64,000 bases of DNA, taken from positions 682,001-746,000 of the forward strand of contig JASTWF010000109.1 in NCBI GenBank assembly GCA_030390025.1, written 5' to 3'. Source of the stretch: Squalus acanthias (Eukaryota). The translations under genes and the position numbers were made by a program. Positions 1 through 13,240 of this stretch are shown piece after piece (the stretch's first letter is position 1; each line of letters begins with the position of its first letter). The notes under the pieces are model-generated. The model worked only from the letters and a program-made list of their open reading frames with translations, was not told the origin of the DNA and made no database searches.

Positions 1-77
1 TCCCAGCGTTGCGCTCCCAGATGTGTACCATGTTGTACACGCCCTGGGACTGTTTGATTTGACAGTGTAGAGGGAGA
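1..77 (-). repeat. 67-bp satellite (partial unit)
   Basis: Reverse complement matches the unit ctccctctacactgtc..atcaaacagtcccagggc seen throughout 32.9-64 kb. Confidence 0.75.
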
Positions 78-3000
78 TATAGATTCATAGAGTCATAGAG
101 TTATACAGCACAGAAAGAGGCCCTTCGGCACATCGTGTCCGCGCCGGCCATCAAGCACTGTCTATTCTCATCCCATTTTCCAGCACTTGGTCCGTAGCCT
201 TGTATGCTATGGCGTTTCATGTGCTCATCTAAATGCTTCTTGAATGTTGTGAAGGTTCCTGCCTCTACCACCCTTTCAGGCAGAGTTCCAGATTCCACCC
301 AAACTCTGGGTGAAAAAGTTTTTCCTCAAATCCCCTCTTAACCTCCTGCCCCTTACCTTGAAACAGTGCCTCCTGGTTATTGACACCTCTACTAAGGGGA
401 AACGTTTCTTTCCATCTACCATATCTATGCCCCTTATAATTTTGTACACCTCAATCAGGTCCCCCCTCAGCCTTCTCTGCTCTAAGGAAAACAATCCCAG
501 CCTGTCCAGTCTCTCTTCATAGCTGAAGCGCTCCAGCCCAGGTAACATCGCTGAAGATTCTCCTCTGCACACTCTCCAATGCAATCACATCCTTCCTATA
601 GTGTGGCGACCAGAACTGCACACAATATTCCAGCTGTGGCCCAACTAACGTTTTGTACAGCTCTATCTTAATCTCCCTGCTCTTATATTATATGCCTCGG
701 CTAAAGAGTGAAAGTATCCCATAAGACTTTTTAACCACCTTATCTACCTGTCCTGCTGCCTTCGGGGATCTATGTACATGCACAGCAAGGTCCATCTGAT
801 CCTCTGTCCTTCCAAGGATCCTACCATTCATTGTGTATTCCCTTGCCTTGTCTGTCCTCCCAAAATGAATCACCTCAAACTTTTCAGGGTTAAATTCCAT
901 TTGCCAGTGTTCTGCTAATCTAAAACTCTGGTCTATATCGTCCTGTAGCCTGAGGCTACATTCCTCGCTATTTACCACTTCACCAGTTTGCGTGTCATCA
1001 GCGAACTTACTGAAAATACCTTCTACATTCATATCTAAATCATGAATGTCCACTACAAACAGCAAATGACCCAGCACCGATCCCTGCGGTACACCACTGG
1101 ACACACGCTTCCAGTCACAATAACAACCTTCGACCATTACCCTCTGCCACCATCCAATAAGCCAATTTTGGATTCAATGTGCCAAATTGCCCTGGATCCC
1201 ATGGGCTCTTAACTTCTTGACCAGTCTTCCATGTGGGACTTTGTCAAAAGCCTTACTGAAGTCCATGTAGACTACATCAACTGCACTACCCTCATCCACA
1301 CAAATCAACCCCTCGAAAAGTTCAATCAAATTGTTCAAACATGATCTCCCACTGACAAAGCCATGCTGACTAGCCCTGATGAATCCCTGCCTCTCCAAGT
1401 GGAGACTAATTCTGCCCCTCAGAATGTTTTCCAATAATATCCCTAACATTGATGTTCGGCTCACTGGCCTGTAATTCCCTGGTTTATCCCTACTACACTT
1501 CTTGAACAATGGTACTACGTTAGCTTTTCTCCAGTCCTCTGGCACATCCCCTGTGACCAAAGAGGCGCTGAAAAAGTGTGTCAGAGCCCTTGCAATCTCC
1601 TCCCTTGCCTCACACAGCAGCCTGGGCTACATCCCGTCAGGGCCTGGGAATTTATCCACTTTTAAGCCCGCTAAACCGCTAGTAACTTCTTCCTCTCAAT
1701 ACTAATTTGTTCAGGTATATCACAATCCCCCCTGCCTGATTTCGAAGCCTACATCGTCCTTCTCCATAGTGAACACAGATGCAAACTATTCATTTAAAAC
1801 CTCACCTACATCTTCCGGCTCTACACACAGATTGTCACTTTGATCCCTAATGGGAACTACTCTTTCCCTGATTATCCTTTTGACCTTTATGTACTTATAA
1901 AACACCTTGGGATTTTCCTTTATTTTGGCCGCCAGTATTTTTTCATGCCCCCTCTTCGCTCTCGTAATTTCTTTTTTTAAGTACGCCCCTGCACTTTCTA
2001 TACTCCTCTAGGGCTTCCACTGTTTTTAGTCCTCTGTATCTCCCAAAGGCCTCCCTTTTTTTCCTAATTCTTTCTTGTATATCCCTAGACATCCAGGGTT
2101 CCCTGACCTTGTTGTTCCCACCCTTTACCTTTAAGGGAACATGTTGGCGTTGTACTCTCTCTAGTTCCTTTCTGAAAGGCTCCCAAAGCTCCGATGTGCA
2201 TTTCCCTACAAGTAGCTGGTCCCAGTCCACTTTGGCCAGGTCATGCCTTATCATATTAAAATCGGCCTTCCCCCTGTTTAGAAACTTTATTTCCGGTCCA
2301 CCTTTGTCCTTTTCCATGACTACCTTAAATCTCACCGAATTATGGTTACTGTCACCAAAATGCTCTACTAATGACACATCTACCACTTGCTCGGCTACAT
2401 TCCCCAGAATTAGGCCCTGTACCGCCCCCTCACTTGTCGGACTTTCTACATGCTGGCACAAAAAGCTCTCCAGGATCCACTTTAAGAATTCTGCACCCTC
2501 TAAGCCTTTCACACTCTGAATATCTCAGTTAATATTGCGGAAATTGAAATCCCTACTATTATTTTCCTATTATTTCTACACGTCTCTGAAATTTGCCTAT
2601 ATATCTGTTCCTCTATCGCCCTCTGACTGTTTGGGGGCCTATAGTACACTCCCAGCAAAGTGCTTGCCAGCATTTATTTTTTAGGTTCGACGCATATGGC
2701 CTCATTCGAGGAACCTGCTAAGATATCATCCCTCCTCAAAGCAATAATTGACTCCTTGAATAATATTGCGACAACCATCCTCTTTCACAACACACTCTGT
2801 CTCGCCTGAAGATTCTATACCCCGAAATATTGAGCTGCCAGTCCTGCCCCTCTCTCAACCATGTCTCTGTGATAGCAACAATATCAAACTCCCATGTTTT
2901 CATCAACAACTTAAATTCATCTGCATTACTCGCAAGACTCCTTTCATTCAAATAATTGCCACCAGCCTTGCCATACTCCTTTGTGCCGTTATATATTTGC

Positions 3001-3085
3001 TCTGCCTTCCACGCTGACTAGTTTTTTCCTACATATTTGGCTGTCCATCAAACCCTACTTTAGCTCCACTCCGTATCCATTCCAC
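78..3085 (-). mobile_element. Degenerate CR1-clade LINE (APE endonuclease + RT remnants), 5'-truncated
   Basis: Broken ORFs with WEFDIVAITETWL, GNYRPVS, YMDFSKAFDKVPH, SGVPQGSVLG and KFADD; 3' tail of (actctatg)-type repeats at ~78-103. Confidence 0.92.
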
Positions 3086-3640
3086 TACTCTGTATCTGAC
3101 CAGTGCTGTACCTGCCCTGGGAGTGTTTGATGGGACAGTGTAGAATTAGTATTAGTCTGTATCTGACCACAGTTGTTCCTTCCCTGGGAAAGTTTAATGG
3201 GAAAGTACAGGGGCAGCTTTACTCTGTATCAAAACCGTGCTGTACCTGCCCTTGGAGTGTTTGTTGGGAGAGTGTAGAGGGAGCTTTACTCTGTATCTAA
3301 CCCGTGCTGTACCTGTCCTGGGAGTGTTTGATGAGACAGTGTAGAGGGAAGTTTTCTCTGTATCTCACCCATGCTGTACCTGCCCTGGGACTGTTTGATG
3401 GGAGAGTGTAGAGGGAGATTTACTCTGTATCTGACCGGTGCTGTACCTTCCCTGGGACTGTTTGATGGGTAAGTATCGAGGGAGCTTTACGCTGCATGAC
3501 ACTCGTTGTGCATCTGGACTGGGAGTGTTTGATGGGGAGTGAAGAGGGATCTTTACTCTGTATCTACCCAGTGCTGAACCTGCCGTGGCAGTGTTAGATG
3601 GGGATAGCAAAGGGAAATTTACTCTGCCATGTACTGCACT
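3086..3640 (-). repeat. 67-bp satellite array
   Basis: About 8 diverged copies of the reverse complement of cccatcaaacactcccagggcaggtacagcacgggttagatacagagtaaagctccctctacactgt. Confidence 0.9.
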
Positions 3641-3781
3641 TTATCAGGTTGTGATAGAGCAGAGCCCTGCTCTTTAATAGAACCTGACATGTGACTCTTA
3701 CAGACCATAATATCAGAGAAGACTGCAAGGTGCGCCTAGTCGCTGTGCCGTCATTCCACCTGTCGGGCATGACATAAAAAG

Positions 3782-3910
3782 ATGAAAGGTCATCGACCTG
3801 AAACGTTAACTCTCTTTCTCTCTCCACGGATGCTGCCTGGCCTGCTGAGTTTTTCCAGCGTTTTCTGTTGTTATTTCGGATTTCCAGCATCCGCAGTATT
3901 TTGCTATCGT
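3782..3910. mobile_element. Short interspersed insertion (Penelope-type terminal remnant) with 13-bp target-site duplication
   Basis: Flanked by atgacataaaaag at 3769-3781 and 3911-3923; same family as the right arm of 17741-17975. Confidence 0.7.
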
Positions 3911-4138
3911 ATGACATAAAAAGGTCTGGGTAAAGGTGTATTTTCTCTAAAAGGCCACTGGGTGGCGCAGCGGCTTCTTAACCGAAGGGACTTGAGTTCA
4001 ATCACAGCACAGACAGTGCGGGTGAAAAATAATTGTCGGGGAAATAAAGAAAGTGTGATAGTGAAAATGGAGCGTTGTGGAGGAGCCTCGTAGAAAGGAA
4101 ATCAGCAAAGTCTAAGTTAATCAAATTGTCATTCCAGA

Positions 4139-4144
4139 TTTATT
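4139..4144 (-). terminator. Candidate polyadenylation signal of membrane-form IgH mRNA
   Basis: AATAAA on the minus strand ~450 nt after the TM2 stop codon. Confidence 0.6.
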
Positions 4145-4592
4145 AACAATTTCACAGAGTACGATTTAAAGAGAATCATTTAAAAAGGTAACACAAAGTG
4201 AACATAATAACTGAGTTTCACATTGAGAACTGAACACAGTCGGTCTGAGCTGCCAGCTATCTGTACATCTGTAACAGACACCAGAGAGAGAAAACAAGGG
4301 CTCCACATAAAGGGAAGGGAACAATTGTGAATTATGTTTGAGAAAAGTGACTTAATTACACATGAAACATTCAAACATCTCTAAGATACATTTACATTAT
4401 AGCCACGATTATGTCAAAGATTTCAAACAGAAAGACGGAAATCAAGTGTATATTTTTCTCAGCTATAGATTCGGATCTTTTAACTGAAGGCATTTTACTT
4501 TGAGAATCACCAAGATGACAGATTTCATTTTCAGAACACAGCGATGTTAATAAAAAGATGAGGAAAATCCCCGGCGTCTGAAATTCAGCCCA

Positions 4593-4601
4593 TCACTTGA
4601 C
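4593..4601 (-). CDS. IGHM: IgM TM2 exon (V-K-stop)
   Basis: Polypyrimidine tract ttctatccctcttttaaag|GTC AAG TGA, giving the canonical KVK cytoplasmic tail. Confidence 0.9.
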   Translation of the reverse strand, partial: VK

Positions 4602-4741
4602 CTTTAAAAGAGGGATAGAAGAATGAAGCAGAGTTTTAGTTGACTGGGACATTTATCTCAGGATTTGTATCAATGAAACTTTCAGAGATTTGTCAAACTG
4701 CTTCAGTCAGGTCGAGATGTGAGTGGATTGAATCTTCTCAC

Positions 4742-4869
4742 CTTCACCAGAGTGACGGCAGCGCTGTAGAAAATGCTCAGGAAGAACAGGATGATGAATG
4801 TGGAAGCGGTTGTCCAGATGTTGCCGCTCTCGTTCTCATAGTCTTCAATCCAGATGTGGTCTGAGGAAT
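4742..4869 (-). CDS. IGHM: IgM TM1 exon
   Basis: ccccgtag| (D)SSDHIWIEDYENESGNIWTTASTFIILFFLSIFYSAAVTLVK |gtgaga; acidic spacer plus conserved antigen-receptor TM motif; phase-1 acceptor. Confidence 0.95.
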
Positions 4870-5559
4870 CTACGGGGATGTAGAGGAGGCAATACATTCA
4901 GATCGTTTATTAATTCAGGATATCATATTATTATTATAAACTCTCTCTTCCTTTCCTTAAGGTAATAGATTGTTCTCTAATTTAATGTCCAATGAATATC
5001 TTGTGTTAAGTTAATCACTCTCAGCAATCAATCTCTGTTCCTAACTCCACAGCCGCTCTTCCGTTATGATCCTCATATAGTTCGTGTTGGAAAATATGAT
5101 ATTTTTTCTTCCCTGTCAGATGCTAATTGATTTTGCATCAATTTCATACGATACCGTTCGGGAAAAATATGATGAAACATCGAGGCAGGTTTATTGATTG
5201 ATAGCGATTATTTTAACGATAAGTTTACATAGGTACTTATTTGGAGACTTTCAAGGGGGCTGGGTAAGAGATTAGATGTGAGCTATAAGCTGGATTATTT
5301 ATTTGTTATGGCAATGCTCTGAACATAATTAACTTTTATCAGTTTCCAACTAATAACATTGATTCAGTGTATGTGTCGGATCAGAATAGAGACATGTGAG
5401 ATGTTATGTCATCAGGAATTATTTATTCAGGATAATCGTTGGAGACTGTGTCCCTTCAAAAAGAGCATTTTAATTCTAAATTCGTCTATAGCCTGACATA
5501 TTTGCGCTTCAGTATTTGTCCATATGTGTATGACTGCCTCTTGTTTTGCTTTAGTTTGT

Positions 5560-8500
5560 GATTGTGTGATAATGTGTGTTTATCTGTAAGTGTGTATGTG
5601 TTGAAGTGCAAGAGTCTGTGTGCGTTATTTTTGAAAGTGTGTGTGTTTATGTGTAATTCAATGTAAGTGTGTTCATGTGTAATTGTGCGTCTATTTTTGT
5701 AAGTTTGTTTATATTTATGTTAACGTATGGGTGTGCATTTGTGTAAATGTGATCATGTGTAAATGTATCTGTAAGTGAGTGCATGTGTGTCTTTATGTGT
5801 AAGTGTTTGTGAAAAGTTTAGTTTAAACGTGTGTGTGTTTATGTGTAATTATGTGATCTGTTGCATGTGAGTGTGTGTGCTGATGTGAGTGTCAATGCGG
5901 ATGTTTGTATGTGTTTTGTGTAAGGGTGTGTGTGTGGTGTGTGTGTTAATGAGGGTGTCTGTGTGTGTTGGGTGTAAGGGTGTGTGTGTGTTTATGTGTG
6001 TGTTAATGCGGGTGTCTGTGTGTGTGTGTGTAAGAGTGTGTGTGTGGTGTGTGTGTTAATGAGGGTGTCTGTGTGTGTTGGGTGTAAGGGTGTGTGTGTG
6101 TTTATGTGTGTGTTAATGCGGGTGTTCGTGTGTGTTGTGTGTAAGAGTGTGTGTGTGGTGTGTGTGTTAATGAAGGTGTCTGTGTGTTTTGTATGTAAGG
6201 GTGTGTGTGCGTTTATGTGTGTGTTGATGCGGGTGTCGGTGTGCAAGGATGTGTGTGTGTTGATGTGTGTGTTAATGCGGGTGTCTGTGTGTGTTGTGTG
6301 CAAGAGTGTGTGTGTGGTGTGTGTGTTAATGAAGGTGTCTGTGTGTGTTGTGTGTAAGGGTGTGTGTGCGTTTATGTGTGTGTTAATGCGGGTGTCGGTG
6401 TGTAAGTGTGTGTGTGTGTTGATGTGTGTGTTAATGCGGGTGTATGTATGGTTTGTGTGTAAGAGTGTGTGTGTGTTGATGTGTGTGTTAATGCGGGTGT
6501 CTGTGTGTGCTGTGTGTAAGGGTGTGTGTGTGTTGATGTGTGTGTTAATGCGGGTGTCTGTGTGTGTTGTGTGTAAGGGTGTGTGTGTGTTGATGTTTGT
6601 GTTAATGCGGGTGTCTGTGTGTGTTTTGTGTAAGGGTGTGTGTGTGTTGATGTGTGTGTTAATGCGGGTGTCTGTGTGTGTTGTGTGTAAGGGTGAGTGT
6701 GTGTTGATGTGTGTGTTAATACGGGTGGCTGTGTGTGTTGTGTGTAAGGGTGTGTGTGTGTTGATGTGTGTGTTAATGTTGGTGTCTGTGTATATTTTGT
6801 GTAAGGGTGAGTGTCTGTTGATATGTGTGTTAATGCGGGTGTCTGTGTGTGTTGTGTGTAAGGGTGTGTGTGTCTTGATCTGTGTGTTCATGCGGGTGTC
6901 TGTGTGTGTTGTGTGTAAGTGTGTGTTTGTTTTGATGAGTGTGTTGATGCCGGTGTCTGTGTGTGTTGTGTAAGGGTGTGTGTGTGTTGATGTGTGTGTT
7001 AATGCGGGTGTCTGTGTGTGTTTTGTTTAAGGGTGTGTGTGTGTTGATGTGTATGATAATGCGGGTGTCTGTGTGTGTTGTGTGTAAGGGTGTGTGTGTG
7101 TGTTGATGTGTGTGTTAATGTGAGTGTCTGTGTAAATTTTGTGTAAGGGTGTGTGTGTGTGTTGATATTTGTGTTAATGCGGGTGTCTGTGTGTGTGTTG
7201 TGTTTAAGGGTGTGTTTGTGTTGTTGTGTGTGTTAATGCGGGTGTCTGTGTGTGTTTTGTGTAAGGGTGTGTGTGTGTTGATGTGTGTGTTAATGCGGGT
7301 GTCTGTGTGTGTTGTGTGTTAGGATGTGTGTGTGTTGATCTTTCTATTAATGCGGGTGTCTGTGTGTGTTGTGTGTAAGCTTGTGTTTGTGTTGTGTGTG
7401 TTAATGCGGGTGTCTGTGTGTGTTTTGTGTAAGGGTGTGTGTTTGGGTTGATGTGTGTGTTAATGCGGGTGTCTGTGTGTGTTTTGTGTAAGGGTGTCTG
7501 TGTGTTGATGTGTGTGTTAATGCGGGTGTCTGTGTGTGTTTTGTGTAAGGGTGTCTGTGTGTTGATGTGTGTGTTAATGCGGGTGTCTGTGTGTGTTTTG
7601 TGTAAGGGTGTGTGTGTGTTGATGTGTGTATAAATGCGGGTGTCTCTGTGTGTAGTGTGTAAGGGTGCGTGTGTGTTGATGTTTGTGTTAATGCCGGTGT
7701 CTCAGTGTGTTGTGTGTAAGGGTGTGTGTGTGTTATGATGTGTGTGTTAATGCGGGTGTCTGTGTGTGTTGTGTGTAAGAGTGTGTGTGTGGTGTGTGTG
7801 TTAATGAAGGTGTCTGTGTGTGTTGTGTGTAAGGGTGAGTGTGCGTTTATGTGTGTGTTAATGCGGGTGTATGTGTGTAAGGGTGTGTGTGTGTTGATGT
7901 GTGTGTTAATGCGGGTGTCTGTGTGTGTTGTGTGTAAGAGTGTGTGTGTGGTGTGTTTGTTAATGCGGGTGTCTGTGTTTTTTGTGTTTAAGGGTGTGTG
8001 TGCGTTTATGTGTGTGTTAATGCGGGTGTCGGTGTGTAAGGATGTGTGTGTGTGTTGATGTGTGTGTTAATGCGGGGGTCTGTGTGTGTTGTGTGTAAGA
8101 GTGTGTGTGTGGTGTGTGTGTTAATGAAGGTGTCTGTGTGTGTTGTGTGTAAGATTGAGCGTGCGTTTATGTGTGTGTTAATGCGGGTGTCGGTGTGTAA
8201 GGGTGTGTGTGTGTTGATGTGTGTGTTAATGCGCGTGTCTGTGTGTGTTATGTGTAAGACTGTGTTTGTGGTTTGTTTGTTAATGCGGGTGTCTGTGTGT
8301 GTTTTTTCTAAGGGTGTGTGTGTGTTGATGAGTTTGTGTTAATGCTGGTGTCTGTGTGTGTTTTGTTTAAGGGTGTGTGTGTTGTTGTGTGTGTTAATGC
8401 GGGTGACTGTGTGTGCTGTTTGTAAGGGTGTGTGTGTTATGATGTGTTTGTTAATGCGGGTGTTTGTGTGTTGTGTGTAAGGGTGTGTGTGTGTTGATGT

Positions 8501-11500
8501 GTGTGTTAATGCTGGTGTCTGTGTATGTTGTGTGTAAGGGTGAGTGTGTGTTGATGTGTGTGTTAATGCGGGTGTCTGTTTGTGTTGTGTGTAAGGGTGT
8601 GTGTGTGTTGATGTGTGTGTTAATGCGGGTGTCTGTGTCTGTTGTGTAAGTGTGTGTGTTGATGTGTGAGTTAATGCGGGTGTCTGTGTATATTGTGTGT
8701 AAGGGTGTGCGGGTGTTGATATTTGTGTTAATGCGGGTGTCTGTGTATATTTTGTGTAAGGGTGTGCGTGTGTTGATATTTGTGTTAATGCGGGTGTCTG
8801 TGTATATTTTGTGTAAGGGTGTGTGTGTTGATGTGTTTGTTAATGCGGGTGTCTGTATGTGTTTTGTGTGCAAGGGTGTGTTTGTTTTGTTGTGTGTGTC
8901 AATGCGGGTGTCTGTGTGTTGTGTGCAAGGGTGTGTTTGTTTTGTTGTGTGTGTCAATGCGGGTGTCTGTGTGTGTTTTGTGTAAGGGTGTGTGTGTTGA
9001 TGTGTCTGTTAATGCGGGTGTCTGTGTGTGTTGTGTTTAAGGGTGTATGTGTTTCGATGTGTGTGTTAATGCGGGTGTCTTTGTGTGTTTTGTGTAAGGG
9101 TGTGTTTGTGTTGTTGTGTGTGTTAATGCGGGTGTCTGTGTGTGTTGTGTGTAAGGTTGTGTGTGTGTTGATGTGTGTGTTAATGCGGGTGTCTGTGTGT
9201 GTTTTGTTTAAGGTTGTCTTGTTTGTTGTGTGTGTTGATGCGGGTGTCTGTGTGTGTTGTGTGTGTAAGGGTGTGTGTGTTGCTGTGTGTGTTAATGCGG
9301 GTGTCTGTGTGTGTTTTGTGTAAGGGTGTGTGTGTGTTGATGTGTGTGTTAATGCGGGTGTCTGTGTGTATTGTGTGTAAGGGTGTGTGTGTTGATGTGT
9401 GTGTTAATGCGGGTGTCTGTGTGTGTTTTGTGTAAGGGTGTGTGTGTGTTGATGTGTGTGTTAATGCGGGTGTCTGTGTGTGTTGTGTTTAAGGGTGTGT
9501 GTGTGTTGATGTGTGTATAAATGCGGGTATCTGTGTGTGTTGTGTGTAAGGGTGTGTGTGTGTTGATGTGTGTGTTAATGCGGGTGTCTGTGTGTGTTTT
9601 GTGTAAGGGTGTGTGTGTTGATGTGTGTGTTAATGCGGGTGTCTGTGTTTGCTTTGTGTAAGGTGTGTGTGTGTGATGTGTGTGTGTTAATGCGTGTGTC
9701 TGCGTGTGTTTTGTGTAAGGTGTGTGCTGATGTGTGTGTTAATGCGGGTGTCTGGGTGTGTTGTGTTTAAAGGTGTGTGTGTGTTGTTGCGCGTGTTAAT
9801 GCGGGTGTCTGTGTGTTTTGTGTGTAAGGGTGTGTGTGTGTTGATGTGTGTGTTAATGCGGGTGTCTGTGTGTGTTTTGTGTAAGGGTGTGTGTGTGTTG
9901 ATGTGTGTGTTAATGCGGGTGTCTGTGTGTTGTGTGTAGGGGTGTGCATGTTGTGTGTGTTAATGCGGGTGTCTGTGTGTGTTGTGTGTAAGCGCATGTC
10001 TGTGTTGATGTCTTTGTTAATGCGGGTGTCTGTGTGTGTTGTGGGTAAGGGTGTGTCTGTGATGATGTGTTTGTTTATGCGGGTGTCTGTGTGTGTTGTG
10101 TGCAAGGGTGTGTGTGTGTGTTGCTGTGTGTGTTAATGCGTGTTTCTGTGTAGGTTATGTGTATGGGTGTGTCTGTGATGATGTGATTGTTTATGCGGGT
10201 GTCTGTGTGTGTTGTGTGTAAGGGTGTGTGTGTGTTGTATGCGTTAATGCGGGTGTTTGTGTGTGTTTGTTTAAGAATGTGTGTATGTTAATGTCTGTGT
10301 AAATCGAGTGTATTTGTGTGTTTTGTGTAAGGGTGTGTGTGTGTTGATATGTGTGTTAATGCGGGTGTTTGTGTGTGATTTGTTTAAAGGTGTTTGCGTT
10401 GATTTGCGTGTTAATGAGGGTGTCTGTGTGTGTTTTTTGTAAGGGTGTGTGTGTGTTGTGTGTCTTAATGTGGGTGTCTGTGTGTGTTTTGTGTAAGGTT
10501 GTGTGTGTGTCTTGATGTGTGTGTTAATGCGGGTGTCTGTGTGTGTTGTGTGTAAGGGTGTGTGTGTGTTGATGTGTGTGTTAATGCGGGTGTCTGTGTG
10601 CTTTTGTTTAAGAATGTGTGTATGATAAGGTCTGTGTTAATGCGGGTGTCTGTGTATATTTTGTGTAAGTGTGTGAGTGTGTTGATGTGTGTGTTAATGC
10701 GAGTGTCTGTGTGTTCTGTGTAAGTGTGTGTGTGTGTGTTGATGTGTGTGTTAATGCGGGTGTCTGTGTGTGTTGTGTATAAGGGTGTGTGTGTGTTGAT
10801 GTGTGTGTTAATGCGTGTGTCTGTGTGTGTTGTGTGTAAGAGTGTGTGTGTGTTGATGTGTGTGTTAATGCGGTTGTCTGTGTGTGTTTTGTGTAAGGGT
10901 GTGTGTGTGTTGATGTGTGTGTTAATGCGGGTGTCTGTGTGTGTTGTGTGTAAGGGTGTGTGTTTGTTTTGATGTGTGTGTTATTGCGGGTGTCTGTGTG
11001 TGTTTTGTGTGTAAGGATGTGTTTGTGTTGATTTGTGTGTTAATGCGGGTGACTGTGTGTGTTTTGTGTAAGGGTGTGTGTTTGTTGATGTGTGTGTTAA
11101 TGCGGGTGTCTGTGTGTGTTTTGTGTGTAAGGGTGTGTGTGTGTTGATTTGTGTGTTAATGCGGGTGTCTGTGTGTGTTTTGTGTAAGGGTGTGTGTGTG
11201 TTGATGTGTGTGTTAATGCGGGTGTCTGTGTGTGTTGTGTGTAAGGGTGTGTGTGTGTTGATGTGTTTGTTAATGCGAATGTCTGTGTTTGTTTTGTGTG
11301 TAAGGGTGTATGTGTGTTGTGTGTGTTAATGCGGGTGTATGTGTGTGTTGTGTGTAAGGGTGTGTGTGTGTTGATGTGTTTGTTAATGCGAGTGTCTGTG
11401 TGTGTTTTGTGTGTAAGGGTGTGTGTTGATGTGTGTGTTAATGCGGGTGTCTGTGTGTGTTTTGTGTAGGGGTGTGTGTGTGTGTTGATGTGTGTGTTAA

Positions 11501-13240
11501 TGCGGGTGTGTGTGTGTGTTTTGTTAAGGGTGTGTGTGTGTTGATGTGTGTGTTAATGCGGGTGTCTGTGTGTGTTGTGTGTAAGGGTGTGTGTGTGTTG
11601 ATGTGTGTGTTAATGCGGGTGCCTGCTGTTTTTTGTAAGGGTGTGTGTGTGTTGTGTGTCTTAATGAGGGTGTCTGTGTGTGTTTTGTGTAAGGTTGTGT
11701 GTGTGTCTTGATGTGTGTGTTAATGCGGGTGTCTGTGTGTGTTGTGTGTAAGGGTGTGTGTGTTGATGTGTGTGTTAATGCGGGTGTCTGTGTGTGTTGT
11801 GTGTAAGGTTGTGTGTGTGTCTTGATGTGTGTGTTAATGCGGGTGTCTGTGTGTGTTTTGTGTAAGGGTGTGTGTGTGCTGATGTGTGTGTTAATGCGGG
11901 TGTCTGTGTGTGTTGTGTGTAAGGGTGTGTGTGTGTTGATGTGTTTGTTAATGCGAATGTCTGTGTTTGTTTTGTGTGTAAGGGTGTATGTGTGTTGTGT
12001 GTGTTAATGCGGGTGTATGTGTGTGTTGTGTGTAAGGGTGTGTGTGTGTTGATGTGTTTGTTAATGCGAGTGTCTGTGTGTGTTTTGTGTGTAAGGGTGT
12101 GTGTTGATGTGTGTGTTAATGCGGGTGTCTGTGTGTGTTTTGTGTAGGGGTGTGTGTGTGTGTTGATGTGTGTGTTAATGCGGGTGTGTGTGTGTGTTTT
12201 GTTAAGGGTGTGTGTGTGTTGATGTGTGTGTTAATGCGGGTGTCTGTGTGTGTTGTGTGTAAGGGTGTGTGTGTGTGTTGATGTGTGTGTTAATGCGGGT
12301 GCTGCTGTGTTTTGTGTAAGGGTGTGTGTGTGTTGTGTGTCTTAATGAGGGTGTCTGTGTGTGTTTTGTGTAAGGTTGTGTGTGTGTCTGATGTGTGTGT
12401 TAATGCGGGTGTCTGTGTGTGTTGTGTGTAAGGGTGTGTGTGTTGATGTGTGTGTTAATGCGGGTGTCTGTGTGTGTTGTGTGTAAGGTGTGTGTGTGTC
12501 TTGATGTGTGTGTTAATGCGGGTGTCTGTGTGTGTTTTGTGTAAGGGTGTGTGTGTGCTGATGTGTGTGTTAATGCGGGTGTCTGTGTGTGTTTTGTGTA
12601 AGGGTGTGTGTGTGTATGTTAAGGTCTGTGTTAATGCGCGTGTCTTTGTCTATTTTGTGTAAGGGTGTGTGTTTGTTGATGTGTGTGTTAATGCGAGTGT
12701 TTGTGTGTGTTTTGTGTAAGGATGTGTGTGTGTTGATGTGTGTATTAATGCGTGTGTCTGTGTGTGTTGTGTCTAAGGGTGTGTGTGTGTTGATGTGTGT
12801 GTTAATGCGGGTGTCTGTGTGTGTTTTGTGTAAGGGTGTGTGTGTGTTGAAGTGTGTTTTAATTGTGTTTATGTTTGTGTTATATGTATGTTTGTGTGTG
12901 TTGATGTGTGTTTTAATGCGGGTGACTCTGTGAGTTTTGTGTTAGTGAATGTTTGTAAATATATGTGTTATTGCGGGTGTCTTTTCTGTAAGTGTGTGTG
13001 TTTCGATTTTTGTGTTTATGCTGGTGTATTTGTGTGTGTGTTAAAGCAGGTGACTGTGTGTGGTTTATGTAAGCGTGTCTGTGTTGATGTGCGTTTTTGT
13101 GCGGGTTTCTATGTGTGTGTGTTAGGCAGGTGTCTGTGTGTATGTTAATGCGGGTGTCTGTGTGTCTTTTCTGTTAGTGTGTGTTTGTCTCAATTTGTGT
13201 GTTTATGCTGGTGTCTGTGTGTGTTTATGTGTAAGTGTGC
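5560..13240. repeat. ~57-bp TG-rich (sense strand CA-rich) minisatellite, ~7.6 kb
   Basis: Unit taatgcgggtgtctgtgtgtgttgtgtgtaagggtgtgtgtgtgttgatgtgtgtgt repeated over 100 times, degenerate at both ends. Confidence 0.97.
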
